The notes under the pieces were generated by a model. The model ran no database searches and had not been told where the DNA came from. It saw only the letters and a list, made by a program, of their open reading frames with translations. Shown here one piece after another: positions 37,594 through 48,836 of a stretch of DNA of 64,000 bases. The number at the start of each line of letters is the position of its first letter. The stretch's first letter is position 1. The DNA lies in assembly GCA_046760505.1 (NCBI GenBank), contig JBHIEG010000002.1, forward strand, positions 1 to 64,000, read 5' to 3'. Made by a program: the position numbers and the translations under genes. Origin of the DNA: Candidatus Hydrothermarchaeota archaeon. Its GTDB lineage: Archaea; CAYFZR01.

Positions 37594-38655
37594 TTGAAGT
37601 TTAGCGTTGGTATCCTTGGTGCTACCGGAACGGTAGGTCAGAGATTTATTCAGATGCTGAGCAGGCACCCTTGGTTCGACTTAAGGGTACTGGCAGCATC
37701 CAAAAGATCAGCGGGAAAAAAATACGCTGAAGCGGCAAACTGGCTTCTCGATACAGAAATACCTGATGAGATTGCAAATGAAGAAGTAGTGCTTACCGAT
37801 GTAAAAGAAGTAAGAAAAGTGGACGATGTAGATATCGTATTCTCGGCTTTACCTTCTGATGTTGCAAGAGGAATAGAGATGGATTTCGCTAGTGAAGGAG
37901 TAATTGTTTCCAGCAATTCAAGTGCACTAAGGATGGAAGAGGATGTTCCATTGGTTATTCCCGAAGTGAACCCTGATCATTTAAAAATAATTGATTATCA
38001 AAAAGAGAAAAGAAATTGGGAGGGCTTTGTAGTAACAAATCCAAATTGTAGCGCTATACCTCTTACATTGGTCCTGAAGCCGATATACGAGAAATTTGGT
38101 ATTGAGAAAGTATGGGTAACCACGATGCAGGCTATATCAGGAGCAGGATATCCCGGTGTTGCCTCGATGGAAATACTCGATAACGTAATACCTTACATAT
38201 CAGGGGAAGAAGACAAAGTAGAGAAAGAACCTCTAAAAATACTCGGAAAACTAGAAAACAACAAATTTGAATTTGCAGAGTTCACAATTAGCGCCAGTTG
38301 TAATAGAGTCCCCGTTATGGATGGACATTTGGAATCTGTCTTTTTAATAACCAGAGAAAAGGCAGATTTAAATGAGATTATAAATATTCTGAAAAACTTC
38401 AGATCATTGCCCCAAGATTTAGGCCTGCCCACGGCTCCAAAGAACCCCATATACTTGTTTGAAGAAAAAAATAGACCTCAACCCAGACTTGATAGGAACT
38501 TGGAAGGAGGCATGTCCGTCTCAGTGGGAAGGATAAGGAGAGATATATCCTCAGAAAAAGGAATAAAGTTTACTGTATTAGGTCACAACTCCATAAGGGG
38601 CGCGGCTGGTGCCTCGATTTTGAATGCTGAACTCATCATCGAAAAGTATTTGTAG
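37594..38655 (+). CDS. asd: Aspartate-semialdehyde dehydrogenase
   Basis: GILGATGTVGQRF, NPNCS, QAISGAG, CNRVPV.DGH, HNSIRGAAG. Confidence 0.97.
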   Translation: MKFSVGILGATGTVGQRFIQMLSRHPWFDLRVLAASKRSAGKKYAEAANWLLDTEIPDEIANEEVVLTDVKEVRKVDDVDIVFSALPSDVARGIEMDFASEGVIVSSNSSALRMEEDVPLVIPEVNPDHLKIIDYQKEKRNWEGFVVTNPNCSAIPLTLVLKPIYEKFGIEKVWVTTMQAISGAGYPGVASMEILDNVIPYISGEEDKVEKEPLKILGKLENNKFEFAEFTISASCNRVPVMDGHLESVFLITREKADLNEIINILKNFRSLPQDLGLPTAPKNPIYLFEEKNRPQPRLDRNLEGGMSVSVGRIRRDISSEKGIKFTVLGHNSIRGAAGASILNAELIIEKYL

Positions 38656-38701
38656 ATGAACCTTGGCTTTATCATCTGAAATCTAGCGATGGAGGTGTTC
38701 A

Positions 38702-38977
38702 ATGTTGGCAGAAGAAAACATTGTGTACATCGGCGGAAAACCCGTAATGAACTATGTTTTGGCTGTCGTAACCCAGTTTAACAACAATGCGAACGAAGTT
38801 GTAATAAAGGCAAGAGGAAGAGCCATTAGTAGAGCCGTGGATGTTGCGGAAATAGTAAGAAACAGATTCTTGACAGATGTGTCTGTTAAAACAATCGAAA
38901 TAGGAACTGAAGAACTACCAACGGAAGGAGGAAGCGTAGCAAACGTATCTGCGATAGAAATTACCCTTGCTAGGTAG
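38702..38977 (+). CDS. albA: Chromatin protein Alba
   Basis: [14 protein letters not shown]...[15 protein letters not shown]. Confidence 0.97.
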   Translation: MLAEENIVYIGGKPVMNYVLAVVTQFNNNANEVVIKARGRAISRAVDVAEIVRNRFLTDVSVKTIEIGTEELPTEGGSVANVSAIEITLAR

Positions 38978-38988
38978 AGTTCCAAATA

Positions 38989-39023
38989 GCGGGAATAGAA
39001 AAACCCTCCCCGCGTCTTTTTTT
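38989..39023 (+). terminator. Hairpin + oligo-T terminator candidate after albA
   Basis: GCGGG...CCCGC followed by TCTTTTTTT. Confidence 0.55.
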
Positions 39024-39134
39024 AATTTCCAACCAAAAAAATCACCCTCATACTTATTCTAGAGTAGATGACAAGAAATTTATAATAGCGGTACTGAAAC
39101 TAAAAACATCAAAATTTTTGGGGCAAAAGATAAG

Positions 39135-39710
39135 ATGATAGAAATCAGATTCCATGGAAGAGGCGGTCAGGGAGCGGTTACAGCTGCTCAATTGCTTGCT
39201 GAGGCTGCTTTTAATGAGGAAAAATTTACTCAAGCATTCCCCTTATTCGGAGTAGAGAGAAGGGGTGCACCAGTAATGGCATTTACAAGAATAGATGACA
39301 AGCCCATCCGAATAAGAGCACAAATTTACAATCCCGATCACGTAATCGTGTTGGATGAAACCTTGCTGGAAGCCTGTTCGGATTTAACGGACCCCTTGTG
39401 TCCGGCTCATGGAATTAAAGATAACGGGACCATACTCATAAACTCTCAAAAAGAGGCAGAGGATATAACCCGCGACTTACGCCTAAACGTTAAAAACCTA
39501 AATACAGTGAACGCTACAAGGATTGCTCTAGAAACACTCGGAGTACCAATTGTAAACACCGTCATACTAGGTGCATTTATTGCTTTTACTGATCTAATTG
39601 GTTTAAATTCCCTTAAAAAGGTTATAAAGGATAAATTCCCCGGAAAACTTGCTGAAAGAAATGTAGATGCAATTGAGATCGCCTTCGAAGAGATGAGGTT
39701 CAGGATATGA
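39135..39710 (+). CDS. porC: Pyruvate/2-oxoacid:ferredoxin oxidoreductase gamma subunit
   Basis: [24 protein letters not shown]. Confidence 0.93.
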
Positions 39711-39967
39711 GGGTAACTGTGGCGGGTATAATAAAAGACCCTGGAAGCAGTATTAAAAATAGGACAGGTGACTGGCGTACATTTAGACCAGTATTAAATC
39801 ATCATCTTTGTATAGCATGCGGTAACTGTCATAACTTCTGCCCAGATGGGTCGGTCAATCAAAAAGGCGATAAATATGAAATAAATTATGATTACTGTAA
39901 AGGTTGCGGAATATGTGCTAACGAATGTCCGGTCGATGCTATAGAAATGATAAGAGAGGAAAAATAA
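39707..39967 (+). CDS. porD: Pyruvate/2-oxoacid:ferredoxin oxidoreductase delta subunit
   Basis: TGDWRTFRP; two CxxCxxCxxxCP motifs. Confidence 0.93.
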   Translation: MRVTVAGIIKDPGSSIKNRTGDWRTFRPVLNHHLCIACGNCHNFCPDGSVNQKGDKYEINYDYCKGCGICANECPVDAIEMIREEK

Positions 39968-41155
39968 ATGGCCAGTAAGAAAATTTTATCCGCGAACATT
40001 GCCGCTGCGGAAACAGTGAGGTTAATTAAGCCTGACGTGATAGCAGCCTATCCTATAACACCTGCTACGAGTATTGTAGAGGCCCTTGCAAGTTTTTGCG
40101 AGCAGGGTTTATTAAAAGCGGAGTTCATTCCCACGGAATCAGAGCACAGTGCAATGAGCGCACTGGTAGGGGCATCCGCAACTGGAGCAAGAACATTTAC
40201 TGCCTCATCTTCTCAAGGAATCCTTCTAATGCACGAAATATTGTTTGCTGCGGCCGGAATGAGATTACCAATAGTTATGGCTGTAGGAAACAGAGCAGTG
40301 AATTCTCCTCTGAATATATGGTGCGAGCATACAGACTCTTTGGCGCAAAGAGATACCGGCTGGATACAAATATACGCCGAAAATAATCAGGAAGTAGTCG
40401 ATTCCCTGATCATGGCCTATAGAGTAGCTGAAGATAAGGAGGTATTGACACCAGCAATGGTATGTTTGGACGGATTCTTTTTGACTCATACCTATGAGCC
40501 GGTTGAAATACCTGAAGAGGGGGAAATAGACGATTTTTTGCCTCCCTACGAACCTTCGCATGCATATCTAGACGTAGAAAATCCAATTACACAGGGACCT
40601 GTGGTTGGACCGGATTTCTATACTGAAGTCAAGTATATCCAAGAGTTGGGGATGAAAAATTCCAAAAAAGTAATGGAAAAAGTACATGAAGAGTTTTTAA
40701 ACTGCTTTGGTCGAAAATATGGATTCATAGAAGAATACAAAATGGAAGATGCTGATATAGCCTTCTTTACTATAGGCTCCATGTCAAGTACAGGAAAAGA
40801 GGCAGTAGATCTTTTAAGAGACAGGGGTGAAAAGGTAGGATTGATAAAATTAAGGGTGTTCAGACCCATACCTGATAAGGAAATAATAGAAGTCTGCAAA
40901 GATTTAGCTGGAATAGCAGTATTTGATAGGAATTTTGGCTTTGGAAGTGGAGGGATAATATTTTCAGAGATAAAATCTTGGTTATATAAAAAAAAGATGC
41001 ATCCGGCAATTCAAGACTTCATCATTGGTCTGGGGGGGAGAGACATTAGATTAGAGGATTTCTTAAATGCATACGAAATCCAAAAAGAAGCTACAAAAAA
41101 AGGTGAATATCAAGAAATAATTTGGCTACAACTCAAAAAAGAAATGGTAGATTAA
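39968..41155 (+). CDS. porA: Pyruvate/2-oxoacid:ferredoxin oxidoreductase alpha subunit
   Basis: [28 protein letters not shown]. Confidence 0.93.
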   Translation: MASKKILSANIAAAETVRLIKPDVIAAYPITPATSIVEALASFCEQGLLKAEFIPTESEHSAMSALVGASATGARTFTASSSQGILLMHEILFAAAGMRLPIVMAVGNRAVNSPLNIWCEHTDSLAQRDTGWIQIYAENNQEVVDSLIMAYRVAEDKEVLTPAMVCLDGFFLTHTYEPVEIPEEGEIDDFLPPYEPSHAYLDVENPITQGPVVGPDFYTEVKYIQELGMKNSKKVMEKVHEEFLNCFGRKYGFIEEYKMEDADIAFFTIGSMSSTGKEAVDLLRDRGEKVGLIKLRVFRPIPDKEIIEVCKDLAGIAVFDRNFGFGSGGIIFSEIKSWLYKKKMHPAIQDFIIGLGGRDIRLEDFLNAYEIQKEATKKGEYQEIIWLQLKKEMVD

Positions 41156-41156
41156 A

Positions 41157-41996
41157 ATGGAGCTGTTTGCGCCAGGCCATAGAGCGTGCGCAGGATGTGG
41201 AGGAACGATAGCTGCAAGGTTATTCCTAAAGGCTCTGGGAAAAAATACAATTGTGGTAAATGCCACAGGTTGTTTGGAAGTTGCCACAACCATGTACCCT
41301 GAGACTTCTTGGCGAGTGCCATGGATCCATGTGGCATTCGAAAATACCGCTGCGGTGGCCGCTGGTATAGATGCAGCACTTAGGACAATGGGGAAAAGAG
41401 ACAATATAAATATAGTCGCCTTTGCTGGAGACGGTGGAACCGCTGACATAGGGCTCCAAGCACTCTCAGGGGCAGCAGAAAGGGGACATGATATAATCTA
41501 CATCTGCTACGACAATGAAGCCTACATGAACACCGGAGTTCAAAGAAGTGGACTCACCCCCTATGGTGCCATAACCACAACTTCTCCCTCTGGTAAGGTT
41601 CAAAAGAAGAAAGATATTCCAATGATCATGTCATCCCACAACATATCATATGTTGCCACTGCTTCGATTTCTTATCCGAGGGATTACATGAAGAAGGTAA
41701 GGAAAGCATCTGAGAAGAAAGGTTTATCATACATTCATGTCCACGCTCCATGCCCAACGGGCTGGGGCTTTCCAAGTGAAAAGTCTATTGAAATAGGTAA
41801 ACTAGCGGTTAAGTCAGGAATGTGGATTCTTTATGAGATAGAAGGCGGTGTCTTCAAACTGACCCATAAACCAACCAAAAGGATCCCTGTTAGAGAGTAC
41901 CTCACCGCTCAATCGAGATTCAGACACCTAACAGAGAACGAAATAGAGGAATTACAAAAAGAAATTGAAGACAGATTTATAAGGTTGGAAAAGTAG
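41157..41996 (+). CDS. porB: Pyruvate/2-oxoacid:ferredoxin oxidoreductase beta subunit
   Basis: [18 protein letters not shown]...[12 protein letters not shown] motif, PCPTGW. Confidence 0.93.
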   Translation: MELFAPGHRACAGCGGTIAARLFLKALGKNTIVVNATGCLEVATTMYPETSWRVPWIHVAFENTAAVAAGIDAALRTMGKRDNINIVAFAGDGGTADIGLQALSGAAERGHDIIYICYDNEAYMNTGVQRSGLTPYGAITTTSPSGKVQKKKDIPMIMSSHNISYVATASISYPRDYMKKVRKASEKKGLSYIHVHAPCPTGWGFPSEKSIEIGKLAVKSGMWILYEIEGGVFKLTHKPTKRIPVREYLTAQSRFRHLTENEIEELQKEIEDRFIRLEK

Positions 41997-42320
41997 GTGG
42001 AAAGAAAGATACTCTCTAGGTTAGAGGCTGAAATAGACTTACTGAAAAGACATTTAGAAATACTCAAATTAGTAATAGAAAAACAACCAATTGGAATCAT
42101 AAAACTCTCTGAAATAACCGGTCTTCCACAGCATAAGGTGAGATATTCCCTCAGGATACTTGAACAGGGCAATTTAATCGCTCCCTCCACCCAAGGAGCC
42201 ATTTGTAAGAGTATTCCTAAAGAATTTTTTGTTAAACTTTCTAAGAGAATAGAAGAAATCAGTGAGGATATATCTAATTTGAATGAACTGATCAACAGAA
42301 TAGATACATCAAAACTGTAA
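41997..42320 (+). CDS. Winged-helix putative transcriptional regulator (COG3388-like)
   Basis: RHLEILK...PIGIIKLS..TG.P.HKVRYSLRILEQ..LI.PS.QGA. Confidence 0.75.
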   Translation: MERKILSRLEAEIDLLKRHLEILKLVIEKQPIGIIKLSEITGLPQHKVRYSLRILEQGNLIAPSTQGAICKSIPKEFFVKLSKRIEEISEDISNLNELINRIDTSKL

Positions 42321-42389
42321 CAAAAAATTTTTATGCTACTTGTTTTCATGGTACATGCTAACAAGTATCAAGAAAAAAAAGTGATTGGT

Positions 42390-43181
42390 ATGGTGGGTAA
42401 AAAAATAAGGATGGAAAGAATAACAAATAGGGAAACCGGAAATACTCTTATAGTTCCGATGGACCATGGCGTCAGTTCTGGTCCCATAAAAGGTCTGATA
42501 AATATGCCAGAAACCGTAAATAAGGTAGCAGAGGGTGGTGCAGATGCAGTACTTCTTCATAAAGGAATTGTTCCCTACGGACACCGGGGTTACGGAAGAG
42601 ACATTGGATTGATAGTGCACCTGTCAGGAAGTTCTTCTCTGAATCCCGATCCAAACCATAAAGTTCTGGTCACTACAGTAAAGAGAGCCATAAAACTGGG
42701 AGCAGATGCGGTATCGGTTCACGTTAATGTAGGAGCGGATTACGAGGGAGAGATGTTTCAAAAACTGGGTATGATCTCTGAGGAATGCGACGAGTGGGGA
42801 ATGCCTCTAATCGCTATGATGTATCCCCGAGGGAAAAAGGTCGTGGACGAGCATGAAGTGGAGGTTGTAAAGTTAGCAGCCAGAGTTGGAGCAGAATTAG
42901 GAGCAGATATAGTAAAAACAAACTATACAGGAAGTCCTGATACATTTGAAGAAGTGGTAAAAGGCTGCCCGGTCCCTGTTGTAATTGCAGGTGGGCCCAA
43001 GATGGTTACCGATAAGGACGTCCTAGAAATGGTTGCAGGTGCAATGGAGGCAGGAGCAAGGGGCGTGGCAATAGGCAGAAACATTTTTCAGCACAGAAAT
43101 CCAATTGCCATGGTGAGAGCAATAGCAAGAATAGTGCATGAAAAAGCAAGTGTAGAAGAAGTTCTTCCTTTGTTAAGGTGA
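42390..43181 (+). CDS. aroA': 2-amino-3,7-dideoxy-D-threo-hept-6-ulosonate synthase (AroA')
   Basis: DhnA-type aldolase motifs; coupled to DHQ synthase II. Confidence 0.88.
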   Translation: MVGKKIRMERITNRETGNTLIVPMDHGVSSGPIKGLINMPETVNKVAEGGADAVLLHKGIVPYGHRGYGRDIGLIVHLSGSSSLNPDPNHKVLVTTVKRAIKLGADAVSVHVNVGADYEGEMFQKLGMISEECDEWGMPLIAMMYPRGKKVVDEHEVEVVKLAARVGAELGADIVKTNYTGSPDTFEEVVKGCPVPVVIAGGPKMVTDKDVLEMVAGAMEAGARGVAIGRNIFQHRNPIAMVRAIARIVHEKASVEEVLPLLR

Positions 43182-44275
43182 AGAGGATGAAGGAAATATG
43201 GGTTGATGTAAGAGACCTCTCGTGGGAGGAAGCAAAGCCCATCGTAACCACTTCCCTAGAAAGCGGCATAAACTGCTTTCTATCAACGCATGAATTGGTT
43301 GAAAAAATCGCTGACCTCGGAAAGGCAAGAATAGCAGTATTTGGAGAAAAATTAGATGATTTCAAGGAAACTGATATAATCATAACGGATTCAGAAGAAA
43401 TTCTAGAAGAACTCAAGGTCTTAGGTAAAGAAACAGGGTATTATGCAGAGATATTTGATAAGAAAAGTGAAAGAAAGGCTGCTAAATTGGGTCCCAAAGT
43501 GGATTATTTGCTCGTAAAAAATGAGGATTGGACAATAATTCCTTTAGAAAATTTGATTGCAGAACTACAGAAAGTTGATACAAAGATTGTAGCATGCATA
43601 AAAAATGCGGATGAAGCCAGAATAGCATTCAAAACTCTGGAAGTTGGAGTAGATGGTGTTTTAATTAAAACACCGAATTTGAATGAAATAAAAAAACTGG
43701 CAGAAACCATTCGTGAATTAACAGCCGAAAAACTTGAGTTAAAAGTAGCGAAGGTAAAAACAGTAAGGCCTGTAGGTATGGGAGACAGGGTTTGCGTGGA
43801 TACTTGCTCTTTGATGAATATAGGAGAGGGAATGCTAATAGGATCTCAAAGCAATGGACTGTTCTTGGTACACTCAGAGTCAGTCGAAAACCCTTATGTA
43901 GAGACCAGACCATTCAGGGTAAACGCAGGTCCTGTGCATGCTTACATAAAGGTCCCTGAAGAAAAAACACGTTATTTGAGCGAGTTAAAAGCAGGGGATG
44001 AGGTTCTAATCGTTGATTCTAAGGGAAATACACGTATAGCTGTGGTAGGCAGAGTAAAAATAGAAAGGAGACCTCTAATGCTAATAGAAGCAGAGGTGAA
44101 CGGTGAAATATTTAGTACACTGGTTCAAAATGCAGAGACAATAATGCTCGTAAATGAAAACGGAAATCCGGTTTCTGTTACGGATATAAAAATTGGCGAC
44201 AGGGTTTTGGTATATCTTGAAGGCTTTGGAAGGCATTTTGGTATTTCTATCGAAGAGACCTTAGTAGAACGGTGA
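43178..44275 (+). CDS. aroB': 3-dehydroquinate synthase II
   Basis: [48 protein letters not shown]. Confidence 0.95.
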   Translation: MKRMKEIWVDVRDLSWEEAKPIVTTSLESGINCFLSTHELVEKIADLGKARIAVFGEKLDDFKETDIIITDSEEILEELKVLGKETGYYAEIFDKKSERKAAKLGPKVDYLLVKNEDWTIIPLENLIAELQKVDTKIVACIKNADEARIAFKTLEVGVDGVLIKTPNLNEIKKLAETIRELTAEKLELKVAKVKTVRPVGMGDRVCVDTCSLMNIGEGMLIGSQSNGLFLVHSESVENPYVETRPFRVNAGPVHAYIKVPEEKTRYLSELKAGDEVLIVDSKGNTRIAVVGRVKIERRPLMLIEAEVNGEIFSTLVQNAETIMLVNENGNPVSVTDIKIGDRVLVYLEGFGRHFGISIEETLVER

Positions 44276-45012
44276 AAAAATTGGTGAATATCGGAGACGT
44301 AACTATAGGAGAATGCCCGGTTATATGTGCTTCCATTAAAGGAAAAGACCCTGATGAAATTCTAAGAAAAGTTGACATGGCAAACCTCTCGGATATTATA
44401 GAAATAAGATTGGACGGTTTTCCAATATCTGTTTCAGAATCAAAAAGAATGCTAAGATCTATAAAACAAAGGACTGACAAACCAATATTGATTACAAACC
44501 GTATGGAAGCCGAAGGAGGTACGTTTGCAGGTTCAGAACAAGAAAGAATAAACATAATCAAAGAGGTAAGCTTATTTGCAGATGCAATAGATATCGAACT
44601 CAGAACAGAGGAGCGCCAGAGAAAAGAAATTATAGAGATATGTAAGGAGAGAAGAAAAACTGCAATTATCTCATATCATGATATGCTGACTTCTCATTCA
44701 GTTGAGGAGATATCTCTCATATTTCATAGAATGGCAGAAACTGGAGCGAATATAGCAAAAGTTGCAGTCTTAGCAAATACATTGGAAGACGTTTTGAATC
44801 TTTTAATGGCAACTTTACAAACGAAGAGTACCCTTTCAATACCTCTTGTATCAATTCCTCTCGGGGAGAAATGGAAATTTGCCCGCCTATGCAGCGTGCT
44901 CTTTGGATCGAGCATACTTTATTGCTCGGTAGATGAATTAAGCAAAACAGCCCCAGGACAGTTAACGGTAGAAGACGCCTTTGAGATACTGAAAAGGCTA
45001 GGGTTAAGATGA
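44272..45012 (+). CDS. aroD: Type I 3-dehydroquinate dehydratase
   Basis: IEIRLD, TNR..EGG, IDIEL, ISYHD, IAKVA, TAPGQ. Confidence 0.93.
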   Translation: MKKLVNIGDVTIGECPVICASIKGKDPDEILRKVDMANLSDIIEIRLDGFPISVSESKRMLRSIKQRTDKPILITNRMEAEGGTFAGSEQERINIIKEVSLFADAIDIELRTEERQRKEIIEICKERRKTAIISYHDMLTSHSVEEISLIFHRMAETGANIAKVAVLANTLEDVLNLLMATLQTKSTLSIPLVSIPLGEKWKFARLCSVLFGSSILYCSVDELSKTAPGQLTVEDAFEILKRLGLR

Positions 45013-45854
45013 TTAATGGCTCCACAAAAATATTCGGAATAATTGGTTTTTCTCTGGAACATTCTCTCTCACCTCTGATGCATAATTACGTGTTTAACTA
45101 TATGAAATTAAACTGTGTTTATGTCCCTTTTCCAGTAAAAAGAGATCTGAAAAAAGCAATTATTGGATTGCACGAACTTGACGTAAAAGGAGTCAACATA
45201 ACTATCCCTTACAAAGAAGAGGTTATAAATTACATTGATGAGTTAGATGAAAAATCAAGGAAGATTGGGTCTGTTAATACAATAAAATTCACCGATAAAA
45301 AGATCGGATACAACACAGATGGCATAGGCGCTATTAAGGCACTAAAAGATGGAAATATAGAGGTAAAGGGAAAAAAAGTTATGTTGCTGGGAGCAGGTGG
45401 GGCTGCAAGATCTATAGCCTTTCAGTTGGTCTTTGAAGGTTGTTCAGATCTTTTAATATTGAACAGGACAAAAGAAAGGGGAGACAAACTGGCTCGAGAA
45501 ATAATGGAAAAAGCCGACTTTTCGTGTAAATCAATGAAATTGGACCAGAAAATTCTCTCTGAATACATTCATGATGTTGATATACTGATAAATTCAACTT
45601 CTCTGGGAATGTATCCTAATGTAAATGAATCTCCGGTTCCCAAAGAAATTCTACACGATGAACTAGTTGTATTCGATATAGTGTACAATCCATTGAAGAC
45701 CAAACTCCTCAAAGAAGCAGAGGAAATGGGAGCAAAAACCATCGATGGTCTGGGTATGTTGGTACATCAGGGAGCCGAGAGTCTTAGGATCTGGCTAGAC
45801 ATAGATCCTCCAATAGATTTAATGAAAAAGGTCCTTTTATCGCATCTTAAATAG
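45009..45854 (+). CDS. aroE: Shikimate dehydrogenase
   Basis: HSLSPLMHN, NITIPYKE, NTDG, GAGGAAR, DIVYNP, MLVHQG. Confidence 0.96.
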   Translation: MINGSTKIFGIIGFSLEHSLSPLMHNYVFNYMKLNCVYVPFPVKRDLKKAIIGLHELDVKGVNITIPYKEEVINYIDELDEKSRKIGSVNTIKFTDKKIGYNTDGIGAIKALKDGNIEVKGKKVMLLGAGGAARSIAFQLVFEGCSDLLILNRTKERGDKLAREIMEKADFSCKSMKLDQKILSEYIHDVDILINSTSLGMYPNVNESPVPKEILHDELVVFDIVYNPLKTKLLKEAEEMGAKTIDGLGMLVHQGAESLRIWLDIDPPIDLMKKVLLSHLK

Positions 45855-47147
45855 GGAGTTTATAATTTCTTCCGTCCTTCTGAACACCTCATCTCCATAA
45901 ATAGAGGGGGATACAACCCTCAGAGTTATGCTTTTCTTTCCTTCAGGAATCTGCGGACCCTTGTACTCATCTATTATCTCTACAGAGGTTACATTGGGGA
46001 TGAGAGAGAAGACATACCTTATTATCTCATTATCAGCCTTTTCTTCGACCACAAAAGAGAAATCTCTATTTTTCTTTGGAAAATTCTGGATTATCCAGTT
46101 ATTCGCATCTTCATCGCTGAGTACTTCTATGTTTGATGTTTTAAGTGTTATATCGCCTTTTTTTGTTTCTAAAATAACATTTTCCGGATCAACATGTTTT
46201 AGTTTTCCATAATGAAAATTTTTTGAATAAACATGCCTTAGAACAACGTTTTCTCCCAGCTTAGATTTCAACAATTCAAGTTCCTTATATAAAGATCTGA
46301 TTGCCTTGTCAGATCTCCTCAATGCACCTTCTACATCTCCTAATTTTCTTGCCGCTTTACTCATTTTTTCAACGAAGTCTTCTTTACGGCCTTCTATTAT
46401 GATTTTCCTTAGTGACTCGGCATTTTCAATAAATTTGGAGTGGATATCGAAGTTTCTTGGATTGTAGATCTGGATCATCGCATACATGTGAGGATCCTGA
46501 CCAACAATCCTCGCTATCATATCGAGCATCATTTGATATACTGGAGAGGCGAAACGTTTCGTGTATTCTACATCCACGTTGAGATCTCCAAGTGTGATTC
46601 CCGTAGCTATATAAACGAAATGAGTGAGCCCCTGAATGATGCTCATGATCCTGTCGTGTTCTTCTGGCGTAGTTATGTGAACTCTGGCGCCTTCTTTTTC
46701 CAAAAAACTCTTGACCCTTGGGAGCCAGATCTCAGATCTTAGGGGGGTCAATAATACAACCTGTCCTTTTAAATCAGGGGCGCTAGGACCAAACATTGGA
46801 TGGGCTGGTATCAATTCCACACTTTCTTTTGCATACTTTAGCATTGCATTTGCCGGACCCTCCTTTATGGAGGCAATATCCATCAACAAAGATCCGTCTT
46901 TCATGTGAGGAGCTATTTCTTTAATTACTTCTTCTGTAACAGAAATAGGAACAGATACAATAACTACATCGGCTTCCTTAACAGCCTCGACATTATCGGT
47001 GAAAAATTCTACTCTCATCTTTCTTGCAAATGCTTCCCCCACTTTTGCGTTCCTACCTGAGATTCTAACCTCAAAGCCTTTCTCCTTTAGAAGTTTAACC
47101 AACCATCTTCCCATTGCCCCATATCCGCCTACGATGGTTATGATCAA
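45837..47147 (-). CDS. tyrA: Prephenate dehydrogenase with C-terminal accessory domains
   Basis: GGYGAMG Rossmann motif, DIASIK, HPMFGP, EHDRIMSIIQGLTH. Confidence 0.93.
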   Translation of the reverse strand: MIITIVGGYGAMGRWLVKLLKEKGFEVRISGRNAKVGEAFARKMRVEFFTDNVEAVKEADVVIVSVPISVTEEVIKEIAPHMKDGSLLMDIASIKEGPANAMLKYAKESVELIPAHPMFGPSAPDLKGQVVLLTPLRSEIWLPRVKSFLEKEGARVHITTPEEHDRIMSIIQGLTHFVYIATGITLGDLNVDVEYTKRFASPVYQMMLDMIARIVGQDPHMYAMIQIYNPRNFDIHSKFIENAESLRKIIIEGRKEDFVEKMSKAARKLGDVEGALRRSDKAIRSLYKELELLKSKLGENVVLRHVYSKNFHYGKLKHVDPENVILETKKGDITLKTSNIEVLSDEDANNWIIQNFPKKNRDFSFVVEEKADNEIIRYVFSLIPNVTSVEIIDEYKGPQIPEGKKSITLRVVSPSIYGDEVFRRTEEIINSLFKMR

Positions 47148-47968
47148 ATGTCTCCCCGCCTGTAAGATCCAAATATCTTCAACATCTCAGTTTTTGGTTT
47201 TAATTCTTCCAAGGCTTCTTTTACCTTTTTGTCTTCTCTATGACCCTCAAGATCAACAAAAAAAATGTATTCGCCCAAAACTCTTTTCGAAGGCCTCGAT
47301 TCAATCTTTGTTAGATTTATGTTTTTCAAAGCAAATGGTTCCAATGCTTTGTACAGCGATCCAGGCTTGTTTTCAAGTAGACCGAAGGCTATCGATGTTT
47401 TGTCATACCCACTTGGTTCTGAGTCCTCTTTTCCAATAATCACAAACCTAGTGAAGCTCTGATATGGAGTTGGAATGTTTTCTATCAGTATTTTAAGAGC
47501 ATATATCTCAGATGCAATGGGTGAGGCAATAGCTGCGATATTTTTGTTTTTTTCTTTAGAAACTTTTAGAGCGGCCTCTGAAGTGCTCAAAGTATTTATG
47601 AACTGACATCTTGGGAATTTTTCTCGCAAAAAATCTCTTACTTGAGCTATGGCATGGGGATGAGACAGAATAACCTCTATATCTTCTGTGTTGGCGCCTT
47701 CTTTTCCCAAAAGACAGTGGGATATCTCTATTATTATTTCTTCTTTGATCAACAAATTGCTCTTTGCCAATAGATCCAGAGTTAGGTTTACCGAACCTTC
47801 CAACGAATTTTCTAAGGGTACCAGGCCGTATTTCGCAACATCGCTCTCAACTTTCTCAAATATTGATGGAATATCATTTAAGAAAAGCAGATCTTCTTCT
47901 CTGATTCCTGCCTCCAAAGCTGCTTGATGAGCGAAACTTCCTCTTGGACCTAGGACGGCTATTATGAT
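47144..47968 (-). CDS. pheA: Prephenate dehydratase with ACT domain (no canonical start codon)
   Basis: IAVLGPRGSF, VPLENSLEGSV, SHPHAIAQ, TRF, NKPGSL, NLTKIESRP; start inferred at ATC/ATA after SD. Confidence 0.9.
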   Translation of the reverse strand: MIIAVLGPRGSFAHQAALEAGIREEDLLFLNDIPSIFEKVESDVAKYGLVPLENSLEGSVNLTLDLLAKSNLLIKEEIIIEISHCLLGKEGANTEDIEVILSHPHAIAQVRDFLREKFPRCQFINTLSTSEAALKVSKEKNKNIAAIASPIASEIYALKILIENIPTPYQSFTRFVIIGKEDSEPSGYDKTSIAFGLLENKPGSLYKALEPFALKNINLTKIESRPSKRVLGEYIFFVDLEGHREDKKVKEALEELKPKTEMLKIFGSYRRGDI

Positions 47969-48050
47969 GGATCCCCCTTCAATGATTAGGTTTATGATTT
48001 ATAAAGTATTTTTATGAATATCTGTTTTTCATGCCAGAGGGATCGACGAT

Positions 48051-48347
48051 ATGGCTAAGTTCAAGTATCTGAAAAGGGGTGTGAAAAGAAAACACAGGGT
48101 CATAGAGGGGTTACTTCCAATACTTGAAGAGATAGCAAGCATAGATGGAGTAAGCAAAGTTATCCCGGCAGAAATATCTTACTCTCCACTGAGAAAAGCC
48201 AGATCTCCCTCAATTAAAATCACGAGAGAGACAAAATCAGGGTTTAAGTTACTTGCGCATAGCAAGGGTTCTATTCAAGAAGTATTTGTTGTGGTTGAAG
48301 GAAAAAAGGAAGATGTGAGAAATAAAATTGAATCCATGAATTTATAA
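48051..48347 (+). CDS. DUF2103-like small protein
   Basis: VKRKH..IEGL...LE.IA...GV.KVIP..I; GFKLLA....SIQEVFVV. Confidence 0.7.
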   Translation: MAKFKYLKRGVKRKHRVIEGLLPILEEIASIDGVSKVIPAEISYSPLRKARSPSIKITRETKSGFKLLAHSKGSIQEVFVVVEGKKEDVRNKIESMNL

Positions 48348-48365
48348 AATCAGTTGGTTCAACTT

Positions 48366-48836
48366 TTATATTTCTTCAACAAGCTCTTTCCTTGGATAGA
48401 AAAATATTACCATCGTTATCATCCAAATTAGGGTAAATGTCAGTGAAATTTTCAAAGAGGCTTCTCTTGGCAGAGTTTTGGATATGAATCTCGCGAATCC
48501 AAAGAAGATGAGAAAAGAAATGGATAGGTTAAATGGATTAAACAGGTCATCAGACTTTTTCTTTGACATTGATACGCCGTCAATGATCCAGAGCAATCCT
48601 ATTGCCAGAAGAATCGGAAAGAATACAGATTCGCTAAATATCCCTATGAAATATATTAAAGAGCCGATTCCAACAGATACCATCCAGAGATTTTCGATGT
48701 ACCAGTTGAAGGCAAGAATTGAGCTAAATCCTCCAATTAACAGGAGAAATGCAGTAAAAACTTCTCCAAGTTTGGAGAAGTGATAAAAGAATGCCAATCC
48801 TGCTATACCCAAGATCAAGGACTCAGGTCTCTTCAT
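48366..48836 (-). CDS. Hypothetical membrane protein
   Basis: About 6 short hydrophobic helices. Confidence 0.6.
   Translation of the reverse strand: MKRPESLILGIAGLAFFYHFSKLGEVFTAFLLLIGGFSSILAFNWYIENLWMVSVGIGSLIYFIGIFSESVFFPILLAIGLLWIIDGVSMSKKKSDDLFNPFNLSISFLIFFGFARFISKTLPREASLKISLTFTLIWMITMVIFFYPRKELVEEI

Noticed and set aside
38653-38690. K-turn or sRNA in the albA leader (AGATGA...TCATCTGA)
   Set aside because: Only a short simple hairpin; too little evidence
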